60,176 nucleotides of DNA from Rhina ancylostomus (lineage: Eukaryota): the NCBI GenBank assembly GCA_030265395.1, contig JARFYF010000112.1, positions 75,877,664 to 75,937,839 of the forward strand, read 5' to 3'. Position 1 is the first letter of the stretch. Each line of letters opens with the position of its first letter. Below are positions 1-11,048 of this stretch, in pieces. Under the pieces are notes generated by a model that saw only the letters and a list, made by a program, of their open reading frames with translations, ran no database searches and was not told the DNA's origin. The position numbers and the translations under genes were made by a program.

Positions 1-225
1 TCACAATCTACCTTGTTATGACCTTGCATCTTATTGTCTGCCTGCACTGCACTTTCTCTGTAGCTGTTACACTTTACATGCATTTTGTTATTGTTTTACC
101 TTGCACTACTTCAATGTACTATTGTAATGAATTGATCTGTATAAATGGTATGCAAGACTAGTTTTTCACTGTACCTCAGTACATGTGACAATAACAAACC
201 AACTCCAATTTGAATTCCAATTCCA
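1..225 (+). mobile_element. 3' tail of a non-LTR retrotransposon (family uncertain)
   Basis: Ends ...gtgacaataacaaacc + short repeats; a related copy in opposite orientation lies at about 19785-20010. Confidence 0.7.
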
Positions 226-1039
226 GGATTCGGCAAAGGACTTTAAACAACACACAAGCAAGATGGGAAAGCAGGCAACCTTGCCTGACTCCAGCAATTT
301 CTGATTCCTTCCCGAAAGCCCATTTTGAAGAACATATCAATTATGTTAATGTACAGTTGAAGGAAGCATGTCCATCATGTATGTGTGTGCAGGAAGGTAA
401 CGGTAAGGTTGCAAGAATAGACAAACGAGAGGAAAAGACCATTATTATGGAATGTGGCACTTTAACATTCATTTCCACCTTTGACACACCATGCTGCATT
501 GTGTGCTATCTATTATCTGTACATTTGTTTCATCAGAGCATGCAAACATGATATACTGCCGTGATTACAAATGCTGCTTTTAGAATGTGCACTAAATGCT
601 GACTCTGTCGGTGATACCCAAATGCAATATACTGGACACATCCATGCAGACAGATGATGTCGTAACACAACCAAAAGCATTTTGCGTATTGAAAGCAGAA
701 GCAAAATTGTGAATTTCACAATGGCCAGAGCAAAGAGAACATTGTGCAGTGTTGCATTCCCTGTACTGGAAAGGACATTAAAGGAACATTGTGATTAACA
801 GGGATGATGTTCGAAACTAAGTTATGCAGAACTTCTACAATTACATTCACTGAAATAGATTAACCAACCCATTTAGGCTTTTCACAACCAAACTGGGAGG
901 TTTCTAGTGACCATACTGGTCATCATAATGGTACTGGATAATATGGAATATTTCCAACAAAAATCTTTTGAAAATGATTTGAAGGAAATGGAAGGCACGT
1001 AGGATGTAGACCAAGCCGTAAGGAGAAGAGTGAAGCACT

Positions 1040-1880
1040 GTTTTTCATTTCAAAATAAACTTTAATCCCTGAAAATATATACAAGAAATACAAACAACAG
1101 TGCATGGCTTACTGTACATACATGGTGTCATTCAGTCTATGTATTCATAGTGTTATTGGTTCTATACATTTGTAGTGGGAACAAGTTCTGTATACAGAGC
1201 ACCATTGCCACCCATGTAGTTCCTTTGGCCGATACAAAACACCTGATGATTGAGAGGCTTTTACGCAGCCCTTCAATGTCTAGTGGTAAAAGGACCTTAG
1301 ACTGAAGTCCTTCCAGTCCCCACAAAGTCTTTGCATTGGCTGCATCAAGCTTCAGGGCACTGGACTCCTGCAGCCTTGAATGTGCCAGTCGGCAGCATTC
1401 CTTATGGACTTCTGGTTGTACTGGAAGACCAACAAGTTTTGCATAGACCAAAGTGTACCTTTCACCAAGTTGATGATCTTCCCGCAGCACTGATGTCTGT
1501 CTTGTTATGCTTTACTGGGAACAGCCCATAGATCAGATTCCTTTGTTATGCCAGATGCTCTGAATGAACCTTGACAAGGACCCTTGCATTCTTTTTAATA
1601 CCTCCTTTGCAAATGCACTGTCTATAAAGATGTGGGTTATCACTTTGTCCAATTATCTTGTCCTCAAATGGCAATCAGAGAGGGAGGGATTGGACAGAGG
1701 AAATGGGACAGCGATCGGACAGAGGGGATCTGAAAGGAAATGGGAACTCCTGCCAACAGTTGCTTGTATGTTGGGTGTATGATATGCTCCATCGTCAGGG
1801 GAGAGCTGTCCCAAGGGCAAGGTGCATTGGGAGTGAGACTCCAACCATGCAGGAAGGACCACTGCCAGCCAAGAAAAATC
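1040..1880 (-). mobile_element. Degenerate Tx1-clade (L1 superfamily) retrotransposon 3' end, copy 1
   Basis: Minus-strand remnants SFLHGWSLTPNAPCPW / THIFIDSAFAKEV / IYGLFP / ECCRLAHSRLQE / LKLDAANAKTLWG resemble the Tx1 ORF2 C-terminus; A-rich tail at about 1040. Confidence 0.65.
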
Positions 1881-3660
1881 TTTTCCTTTTAATTTCAAAA
1901 ACAAACTTTATTTATAAAACAAATATATACACACAAGAAGCACTCTGTTGGCATTCATAGTATTATTCAATCTATGCATTGACACTGTTATCTGTTCTCT
2001 GCATTGGCAGTGTTCCCACATTCTGTGTGTAGGTCCCATTGCCACTTATATGACCTCCTGGGATGATGCAAACTTCAAGTGTACGAGAGGCTTCTTTTCT
2101 TTTACAATATTTTTTATTAATTCCAGATAGAAAATGCAAAGTACATGAAACAAAAGAATAGACAAAATGTTACAAAATACATTGTATTGAGTCACACTTG
2201 AAATCACAATAGCTCATATTAATAAATAGAAATGATAACTAATTAATACTAATAAATTGGAATAATTTTATTATTAAAAAAATTTAAACCCACCACTAAG
2301 ACTGAAGCTGTTTTGTAAAATACAGACAAAAAAAAGCCCTAAAGACAAAATAGTATTGGCCAATATCTGTACTTTAAGCACCAAATCAATGGTTTTGAAA
2401 GTAGTTCAAAAAAGGTCCCCACAATANNNNNNNNNNNNNNNNNNNNNNNNNNNNNNNNNNNNNNNNNNNNNNNNNNNNNNNNNNNNNNNNNNNNNNNNNN
2501 NNNNNNNNNNNNNNNNNNNNNNNNNNNNNNNNNNNNNNNNNNNNNNNNNNNNNNNNNNNNNNNNNNNNNNNNNNNNNNNNNNNNNNNNNNNNNNNNNNNN
2601 NNNNNNNNNNNNNNNNNNNNNNNNNNNNNNNNNNNNNNNNNNNNNNNNNNNNNNNNNNNNNNNNNNNNNNNNNNNNNNNNNNNNNNNNNNNNNNNNNNNN
2701 NNNNNNNNNNNNNNNNNNNNNNNNNNNNNNNNNNNNNNNNNNNNNNNNNNNNNNNNNNNNNNNNNNNNNNNNNNNNNNNNNNNNNNNNNNNNNNNNNNNN
2801 NNNNNNNNNNNNNNNNNNNNNNNNNNNNNNNNNNNNNNNNNNNNNNNNNNNNNNNNNNNNNNNNNNNNNNNNNNNNNNNNNNNNNNNNNNNNNNNNNNNN
2901 NNNNNNNNNNNNNNNNNNNNNNNNNNNNNNNNNNNNNNNNNNNNNNNNNNNNNNNNNNNNNNNNNNNNNNNNNNNNNNNNNNNNNNATTCATTCCTGATA
3001 ACTTACCATAAATCTTAGATATTGAACCATCATAAAAAGGCTTCAAATTAAAAATTGCGTCGAGTAAGTTCTTATTAGGACTTATAAGGAATGCATGTAC
3101 TTGAGATCAGAGAAATTCTCCAATTTGCAAATATTGAAAAAAGTTAGTTTTTGGTAATTTGTATTTAATTGGCAATTGTTCAAACGTTGCAAAATTTCCT
3201 CCAACAAATAGATCCTGAAAAGAAGTAATACCCAATCTATCCCATTCTTTAAAAACGTCAGTCATAGGTTTAAAAAAAAATTAGCAAAAGTGGGACTAGA
3301 CAAAGAAAATCTCGATAAACCATGGTATTTTCTAAATTGTAACCAAATCCTCAAAGCATGTTTAACTACCAAATTCTCAGTTAATTTATTTAATGATAAA
3401 GAAAGTGAAGAGCCAAGCAAAGAGATAATAGAATTTTTTTTAAACAGAATTAGCATCCAAAGAAACCCATACTGGACAAGCCTCATGATTAATATAATGC
3501 AACCAAAACGTAAGATTTCATATATTGACCGCCCAGCGATATGAGAGGCTTCCACACCAGACTTAGCCCCTCAATGCTGAGTGGCAGGAGGACCCTTGTT
3601 GACTGCAGTTCCTCCCCACAAAGTGAGGGCTTGGTACTTGTTGGGGTTGCATCTCAGCAG
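1881..3660 (-). mobile_element. Tx1-like 3' end, copy 2 (about 1881-2094 and 3543-3660), split by an L1 insertion
   Basis: The tail resembles 1040-1090; the part after the L1 (agcccctcaatg...aggaccc...cccacaaagt) aligns by eye with 1267-1330. Confidence 0.6.
2095..3542 (-). mobile_element. 5'-truncated L1-type LINE (ORF2 C-terminal part) with target-site duplication gagaggcttc
   Basis: NLTFWLHY / NLVVKHALRIWLQFRK / FKEWDRLGI / LPKTNFFQYLQI typical of fish L1 ORF2; direct repeat at 2085-2094 and 3543-3552; contains N-gap 2427-2986. Confidence 0.75.
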
Positions 3661-3945
3661 CTTTTTTTATTTTGAAAATAACCTTTATTCTTAATAAAAT
3701 ATATATACAAAAAGAAGAAAAACAGGGCAAGACTTTACTTTCCTGGTGCCATTTGGTCAATACATTCAGTAGTATTGGCACCTTTGTTTGGACTATAACA
3801 CCACTGCCACTCATGAGGCCTGCTGGGGGGATTCATTGTATGAGGGGTTTTCCCCACCACACCCAGCCCCTCCATGCCCAGTTGCAGCAGGACCCCAGCC
3901 GCAGGCTCCCCTGCCCCAGGACCACAGCACCAAGCTGCAGCCGGT
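3661..3945 (-). mobile_element. Tx1-like 3' end, copy 3, next to the promoter
   Basis: ttttgaaaataacctttatt...atatatacaa tail like copies 1 and 2; cagcccctccatgcccagttgcagcaggaccc aligns with 3565-3595. Confidence 0.55.
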
Positions 3946-3959
3946 GGGCAGTCCCAGTG

Positions 3960-4012
3960 ACGGAACGTGAGCCCCGCCCCCCGACTCTCGCGAGATCACA
4001 GAGCGCCGGGGG
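3960..4012 (+). promoter_or_regulatory. Probable MTMR8 CpG-rich promoter: GC box (ccccgccc, 3972-3979) and TCTCGCGAGA palindrome (3986-3995)
   Basis: Most CpG-dense stretch upstream of exon 2. TCTCGCGAGA is the known CGCG/BANP promoter element. It runs into an N-gap that likely holds exon 1. Confidence 0.7.
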
Positions 4013-4466
4013 NNNNNNNNNNNNNNNNNNNNNNNNNNNNNNNNNNNNNNNNNNNNNNNNNNNNNNNNNNNNNNNNNNNNNNNNNNNNNNNNNNNNNNNN
4101 NNNNNNNNNNNNNNNNNNNNNNNNNNNNNNNNNNNNNNNNNNNNNNNNNNNNNNNNNNNNNNNNNNNNNNNNNNNNNNNNNNNNNNNNNNNNNNNNNNNN
4201 NNNNNNNNNNNNNNNNNNNNNNNNNNNNNNNNNNNNNNNNNNNNNNNNNNNNNNNNNNNNNNNNNNNNNNNNNNNNNNNNNNNNNNNNNNNNNNNNNNNN
4301 NNNNNNNNNNNNNNNNNNNNNNNNNNNNNNNNNNNNNNNNNNNNNNNNNNNNNNNNNNNNNNNNNNNNNNNNNNNNNNNNNNNNNNNNNNNNNNNNNNNN
4401 NNNNNNNNNNNNNNNNNNNNNNNNNNNNNNNNNNNNNNNNNNNNNNNNNNNNNNNNNNNNNNNNNN
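4013..4466. other. Assembly gap probably hiding MTMR8 exon 1 (other gaps: 2427-2986, 10482-10581, 14061-14065, 32098-32268, 46280-46379, 56266-57171)
   Basis: N run flanked by the most GC-rich sequence in the window; no ATG-containing first exon found elsewhere by eye. Confidence 0.7.
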
Positions 4467-4915
4467 CCCATTCCCTGTGATCCGGTCCAATCCCCATTCC
4501 CGATCTCCGCCCCATCCCCTATCCCCGCCCACTCTGATCCCGTCCCATTCCCGATCCCCGCCCCATCCCCGATCCCCGCCCACTCTGATCCCGTCCCATT
4601 CCCACTCTGATCCCGTCATTTCCTCTCCCCTATCCCCGCCTCATTCTCCACCCTATCCTCACCTCATTCCCTCTCCCTGTCCCACTCTCTCTCTCTCTCA
4701 CCCTCCCCTATTCCTGTCCCATTCCCTCTCTCCGATCCCCGTGTCACTCTCTCTTTGATTCCCCTGTCCCATTCCCTCTCCCCGATTCCTCTCCTATCCC
4801 GCTCTCTCCTATCCCGTCCCTTTCCCGATTCCCGTTGTATTCCCTTTCCAATCTCTCTCTCCCATCCCTGCCTCTGACCTCCCATCCCATTCCCTCTTCG
4901 CTCTCCCGTCACATT
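4467..4915. repeat. C-rich low-complexity region including about 2 copies of a 51-bp unit (about 4493-4605)
   Basis: Unit cccattcccgatc(t/c)ccgccccatcccc(t/g)atccccgcccactctgatcccgt repeats, then decays into a CT-rich tract. Confidence 0.85.
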
Positions 4916-7059
4916 CCTGTTACCTCCCGTACAGTAACAGGTCTCACCCTACCGGATGTCACAGACCTGTTGGTTAATGTCGCATTAGCTGCAATCTTCG
5001 CTCATTATGAACTACCCTCCTGCCTTTTATCCTAGTTTTCTGTACGTGCTTTGCTATTCTAAGATACTTTTTCCTGATATTTTTGTGTTTGTAGAAATAA
5101 TTACTTCACCCCTTCCCCAAGTAGACTATAAATCACACCATCTGATTGGAATTAAACATATGACGGGCAATCTTAACAACTCGGTTGGCAGATAGCACTA
5201 GATTGGAGGGTTCAGATTTGAGAACCAAGAAAGTTGAAATGGACCTTGGGCATTATTGCTGCCAGTCATGTCAGTTGATCTGATTGTCCAGAGCAGGGAG
5301 TGTTTTGCTGAACTCTCATGAATATTTACTTTCATCTGAGTGTTGAGTTTTTGGTGGTCAGTGGGGCTGCCTCCCATCATAGTTGCCAACTCATTTCCTT
5401 CCACTTGTCCACTGCTTTTATGATAGTACAGAGAGCATGCTGACATTGAGATGGAGGAAAGTGGAATATTGCAATTGTCTTGTTCAGTTGCAATGGCTGA
5501 ATATATGTAGGCATCAGTGTTCAGCCCATGGAGTAAAGAAAACAGATTGCATTTTGGGATATCATTGCTGTTTTGTAGAACGTTGTAAAGTTCAGATATT
5601 ATGTCATTTTGATTTAAGCAATAGCTGGGATAAATGAGGAAAAATCTGCAGCTGCAGGATATCTAAAGTAAAAGCAAAATCCTGAGAATACTAAGCAGGG
5701 AAGGCCCATGGGAAAAGAAACAGTTAATGTTTCAGGTTGAATGGTTAAATATGTAACTATTAGATTTTGTTTTTCCTGTGAAGGGTGATTTTCAGCCTAG
5801 AAAATTCTTTTGATGTTTGGCTTCAGGGCTCTTGCCCTTCAGAAATATTCTTGCTGATTGGATATCCACGACAAAAGGGCATAGTTGAAAGTTAGAACCA
5901 GACCTTTTGGAAATGAAGTTCATTATGAAATGAATGTTTTGCAAGTAGTAATGAATGCTTCAAATGATAATTGCTATATCAGTTGTTAATTTGCTGGGGC
6001 AAGGAATTCTAGGACAATGTTTTGAGAGAAAAAATTTCTTCAACATTTCAGTCCTAATGGATACCCTTTTATTCTGAGACTCTGGTCCTAGGCTTTCCCA
6101 TAAGGGGAAATATCCTCCTAGCATTTACTTTATGAAGCTCTTGTAAGAGTCTTGTATGCATTGAAAAGATCTCTTCTCAGTCTTCTAAACTCCAAAGAGT
6201 ACAGACCCAACTTGTTCAACCTTTCCTAATGAGACAATTTTTCCATACTTGGGATCTTTCTCTGAACTGTCACCAATGATGTATCTTTTCTTAAACAGGG
6301 CAAACAAAACTGCTCCTGATGTGGCATCTTTTGGCTAGATAATTCCAAAGGTTCACTGTGGTCTTGGGTAAAGAAAATTTTTCTTATTTTGAATGCCACC
6401 CACTTCCTTTGAGACCTCAGCTTTGCATATCTGTGTGAAACCCCATAATATGTATCTTTCAGTAAGCTGCTGGGTTTGGGGGTAGGGTGGGGTTAGTCGA
6501 TGGAGGAAGAGTGATGGGTAGCAAAGGAACAGCGCTGAAGAGGATGAGTGGCACCATCAGGGAGGGGTGGTCTTACTCTGGGAAAGAACAAACAGCATTT
6601 GGAAAGTTGTGGGAGGCCAGCATTTGGGCGTTGAGATTTTCTTGAGACTGATAGGAAGGAGTAGGGAACCAGACTAGGGAGGGATCAGGATAGGCAGACA
6701 ATGAAGAGTGTGTGAGCAGAATTGTGTGCGTACGAGGTGTCCATTTCTGGAGGTCTGGGGAAGTACGGTGAGTTACAATGTGCCTCAGACTTCCTTGCCA
6801 TTGGATTAAAACTAACCTGAATAATAACAGGCATCTTCCACTCTCCAGGACTGTCAACCGAGGTACTGTCTATGAAGAAGCAAGTAATAATGGGAGCAAG
6901 TCATCTCTACTTGGTACTCAAATCCTTTTGCAAAGAAAGCCAGTGCACTGTTTGCCTGACTTTCCTTACAGTTCCTACATGTCATCTTTAAGGGATTAAT
7001 ATACAAGGATACTCAGGTCTTTCTGAACAGCAACAACTTTCTGCTCAGCTTTTCTATTT

Positions 7060-7990
7060 CACCGCATGGGTGACCTCTCAATTTTCCACATTTTTATCCA
7101 TTTGCCAAGCCCTTCTCCATTCACTTAATTCGCATATATCTCCATAAAGCTTTTCTACATTCTCCTCCCGGCTTACACTGGCACCCAGCTCTGTATCATC
7201 AGTGTGCTTGGATATATTACACTCTTTAAAGCAAAACAGCTGATGCTGGAAATCTGAAAATAAAATAGTAAATCCTGGAAATAATCAGTAGGTCAGACAG
7301 CATCTATGGAAAGAGAAACAGTGTATATTTCAGATTGATAACCTGTTATTGTCAGTCATTGGTTCCAGTGAAAGATTGTCAGCCTGAAATGTACACTGTT
7401 TTCCATAGATGCTGCCTGACCTACTGATTATTTCCAACATTTTCCTTTTTTATTCTACATATTACGCTTGATCTCCTTGTTCAAATCAATGATTTAGACT
7501 GTGAACGGTTGCAGCCCCAACAACTATCTCAGTAGCATCCCATTAGTCACATCCTCCCCAACCAAAAATACTGTCTGTTTATTTCATCTCTGATTTCTGT
7601 CCAGTAATGAATCTTTAATCCACAAATAATATTATCCCCAACTCTACATTTTTTTAATAATCTTTTGTGTGGCCCCTTTCAGAGAAGGGGCTTCTGAAAA
7701 TTCAAATACCTCACATCACTGCTTTGCTCTTTTCTGCTCCACTAGTTACAATCTCAGAAAAAGTCAACAGATTTGTCAAATGTGATTTCCCTTTCATAAC
7801 TCCATGTTGTCACTGCCCAATTTTATTATTATTTTCTGAATGCCCTATTACCAGATCCTTAATAATAGATTCCAGCATTTCCATTACTACTGATATCAGC
7901 TGTCTGGTTTGTTGTTCCTTTTTTTTCTCTCTCTCTGCTTTTCTTAAATAGTGGGTATAGATTTGCTTTTTTCTGATCTATAGCATTTTG
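7060..7990 (-). mobile_element. Degenerate CR1-type LINE RT region, interrupted by the fold-back element
   Basis: Remnants such as ctctgtatcatcag, gcagccccaacaact..cagtagcatccc, ttgtcaaatgtgatttccctttcataa are reverse complements of RT motifs. Confidence 0.55.
7235..7455. repeat. Inverted-repeat (fold-back) element derived from a Penelope-like terminal repeat
   Basis: 7276-7312 vs 7400-7436 are reverse complements at 36/37 nt; 7316-7333 vs 7384-7401 at 17/18 nt. Confidence 0.85.
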
Positions 7991-10925
7991 GAAGATGGCC
8001 ACCACTATTTCCATTGTTGTCACTTTCAAAACCTAATTAATTTTTCTTACATTAATTTTTTACTAATGCTAATTTCTTTCAACTCTTTGTTCACTTCCTG
8101 TGGCTCACCACTATTTCCAAAAGTTTTTTGTATCTTCTGTGAAGGCAGACACAAAATTTAGTTTAATTTCTCTGTCATTTCCTTTTTCCCAATATAATTT
8201 ATCTTTTTTTTCACTCTGTCAGGGACTGCATTAACATTAGCTAATAGTTTCCTTTTTACATATCTACAGAAGCTCTTACTGTCTTTTTTTTAATGTTTCT
8301 CAGAGCCAGCTGTTGTATTCAATTCTCTCTTGTATTATTGATCTTCCTTTGCTGAATCTAAAATTCTTTGTTTTTCTGGCAGCCTTTTAAGTATCTTTTC
8401 TGTGATCTGAAGCTATCTTTAATTTCTGTTGACAGCCATATCTCAACCACCTTTCCTGTTTTTTAAGCTTAGTGTGATACTGCAAGTTGCTGGCTCATCA
8501 AGGGACCAGTGATTACAATCTGCAGATCAGAATTTTTTTTTGTGATCAGTGAGTTATTTAACTCATACCCCAGAAATGCAAGACATTGACCCTGCACAAA
8601 GTGCTCCTAGTTATTTTAGAGTTAGGAACTAAAGTCATTGTTTTCTTCTAAAAGCTCCAACTCTGCTGACAATGGAGGAAACATATACTGTGTAACCTAT
8701 GATATTATTAGCTGCGTGACTAGTTCCAGGCAAACGGTAGCTGCGACAAATTGTACCTGGAGTGATTTCCAATGGTTACTGATTGACCTGGAAATTATCG
8801 CTAGTGAGATCTAACATGCTCCAGATAGCTTATAGTGGATGAGATGTACTTAATAAAAACGATGCAAATGATTTGATTTCAAGACACTTGATTTTAAAAT
8901 TCTTGTTCTCCTTTTAAAACACTGTAGTGATATTCTCGTTATCTTTACAGACTCTGGTCAGGCTGCACTTAGAAAGTTGAGTTGGACAAACTATGCTATA
9001 GAAAGGACAAAGAAGCAATTTTGGATAGTTGGTGTCAGAATTGAAAGGTTACAGCTATAAGGAAAGATTGAAGGGATAGGGGACTTGGTTTTTTCAAGTA
9101 ATAAAGGGAATAGACGTGAACTAAGGCAGATCTTTAAAATTCAGGATCCATTGGACAGAGTAGTAGAGGCTAGGATGTTGTTGGGCCAGAAATTGCTGGT
9201 CCAGTCCACTTATGTGGATGTGCACCTGAGATCCTCCCACATCCATAAGTAGCTGATCCATAGGCACACCGCCAATTTTACTGGTACTTAGCATGCAGGA
9301 CCTCAGAATCAGTGGGGCCTCTGCAAAAATTCTAAGTTTTTTTTAAAAGACTGTAAATGTCTCTTATTCAGTGAGTTTAAAAAAATATTAAAAGTTTAAG
9401 TAAATAATTATAAAATTTCAAAGCATTTATAGATTTATTTGTTTTATTTTAGATTCTCAATATATTGCTTTTGGAACTGGAAATGCATTGTATTATTTGA
9501 TAATATTGTACGCCAATAAAGAAAAATCTGCAAATACCATTGTTTCTCTTTGGGTACTAATACTTGCAAGAGCCCCTTAAACAGTAAAAATAAAATCTCT
9601 GACATATTAATGTTTTTTTTTACCTCGGTAAGTATAATTTCATTAAGATACTTTTGTTGCTGCACAACAATTTGTATTTACATATCAACTTTACCATGGT
9701 AAAGTATAAGACAAACTCTTTCACTTTCATATATGTTATTTATAAACAACATTTACAATTTACCATTCTGCATGGTAGTCTACAACTAATATCACCTTAT
9801 TTCTCAGTTGTTGTTGACTAAGAGCAATTATGTAATGTAGTAAAGTTTATTTTAAATTAAGAGGCTACCCAAGTCTATGTGATCTGAGATATCTGTTGTA
9901 TTTTTTCAAATAATGAACAATTTATATAATCATATTTAAAATGAAACTGTACTTCGCAGTACTCGGACAGCTTTGCTGATAACATTGAAGAAATAGTTTG
10001 ACCGAAAGCTATATATATCCTTTATATGAAAATATGAAATTGCTAAGTATTGTTGCTGTTGTTGATAAAACTTCTGCTTCAGTTTGATAGGCAAGGTGAT
10101 AGATTAAAAGACAGGCTAGTGAAGAAATTGAGTGTATCCACAAAGTTCTCACGCAGATAGTGTTTTAAAGTATCAATGAACTTGGAGCATTTTTCTAATT
10201 TAACGCCAATATGGCAAAGTATCAGTGGGGGGAATATTTACTCAATTGTTCAAGGATTATGTAGACAATCTCTGAGTTGGGAGTAGGCCTAATCATTATA
10301 TGAAGTGGGATTAGAAGGAGGACAATAGTGTATAGACGTTATTCATTCCCCAGTTGAAAATCATTCATTCTGATGACATTTTTGTGTAATATTTGGTAAT
10401 TTTGCCAATTTGCCATTATTTATTCCTGTGTCCACATTTGTAATACGAACTGCCTAAAAATGTTTGTGCACCTTTGCCGCTNNNNNNNNNNNNNNNNNNN
10501 NNNNNNNNNNNNNNNNNNNNNNNNNNNNNNNNNNNNNNNNNNNNNNNNNNNNNNNNNNNNNNNNNNNNNNNNNNNNNNNNNTTGTGCTCAGCCAAATCTG
10601 GGTGCATTCAATGTTTCAAGTAACAACCCTACAGAGAAATGAATGGTATTAGTTATTTAACTCTGGTTGAGACATAAACATTGGAATTTTTAATGAGATG
10701 TTATGCTAAGGCCCAGTCTGGCTGTTTAAATCTACATAAATAACAGCAAGTGCTTTTCTCAGCCTTGCCCTGAGCTTATCACCGTCTGTATCTGGTCCGT
10801 CCTTGTGTGGTTTCCCGTGTTCCAGTGAAAGGCAAATAATTCATTTACTGTGAATTTAACTACTTGAATATTGGGGAACTGTAGTTGTAATTCCTAGTTT
10901 TTGTTTGCCTTTGTATTTCTTGCAG

Positions 10926-11048
10926 GTGGAATATGTAAAGTTGCTTGACCGGTTTACTTCTAAGAAACCAACACTGGGGACACTTTACCTGACTGCAACA
11001 CATCTGATATTTGTAGAATCTTCATCAGAGGTCCGCAAAGAGACATGG
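10926..11048 (+). CDS. MTMR8: MTMR8 coding exon 2 (123 nt) [41 protein letters not shown]
   Basis: tttcttgcag acceptor, TGG|gtatgt donor; [12 protein letters not shown] is the MTMR6/7/8 PH-GRAM motif. Confidence 0.95.

Noticed and set aside
2339-4758. Long ORFs of 200-312 aa spanning 2339-3046 and 3672-4758
   Set aside because: Their length comes from N runs and low-complexity sequence; they are not genes.
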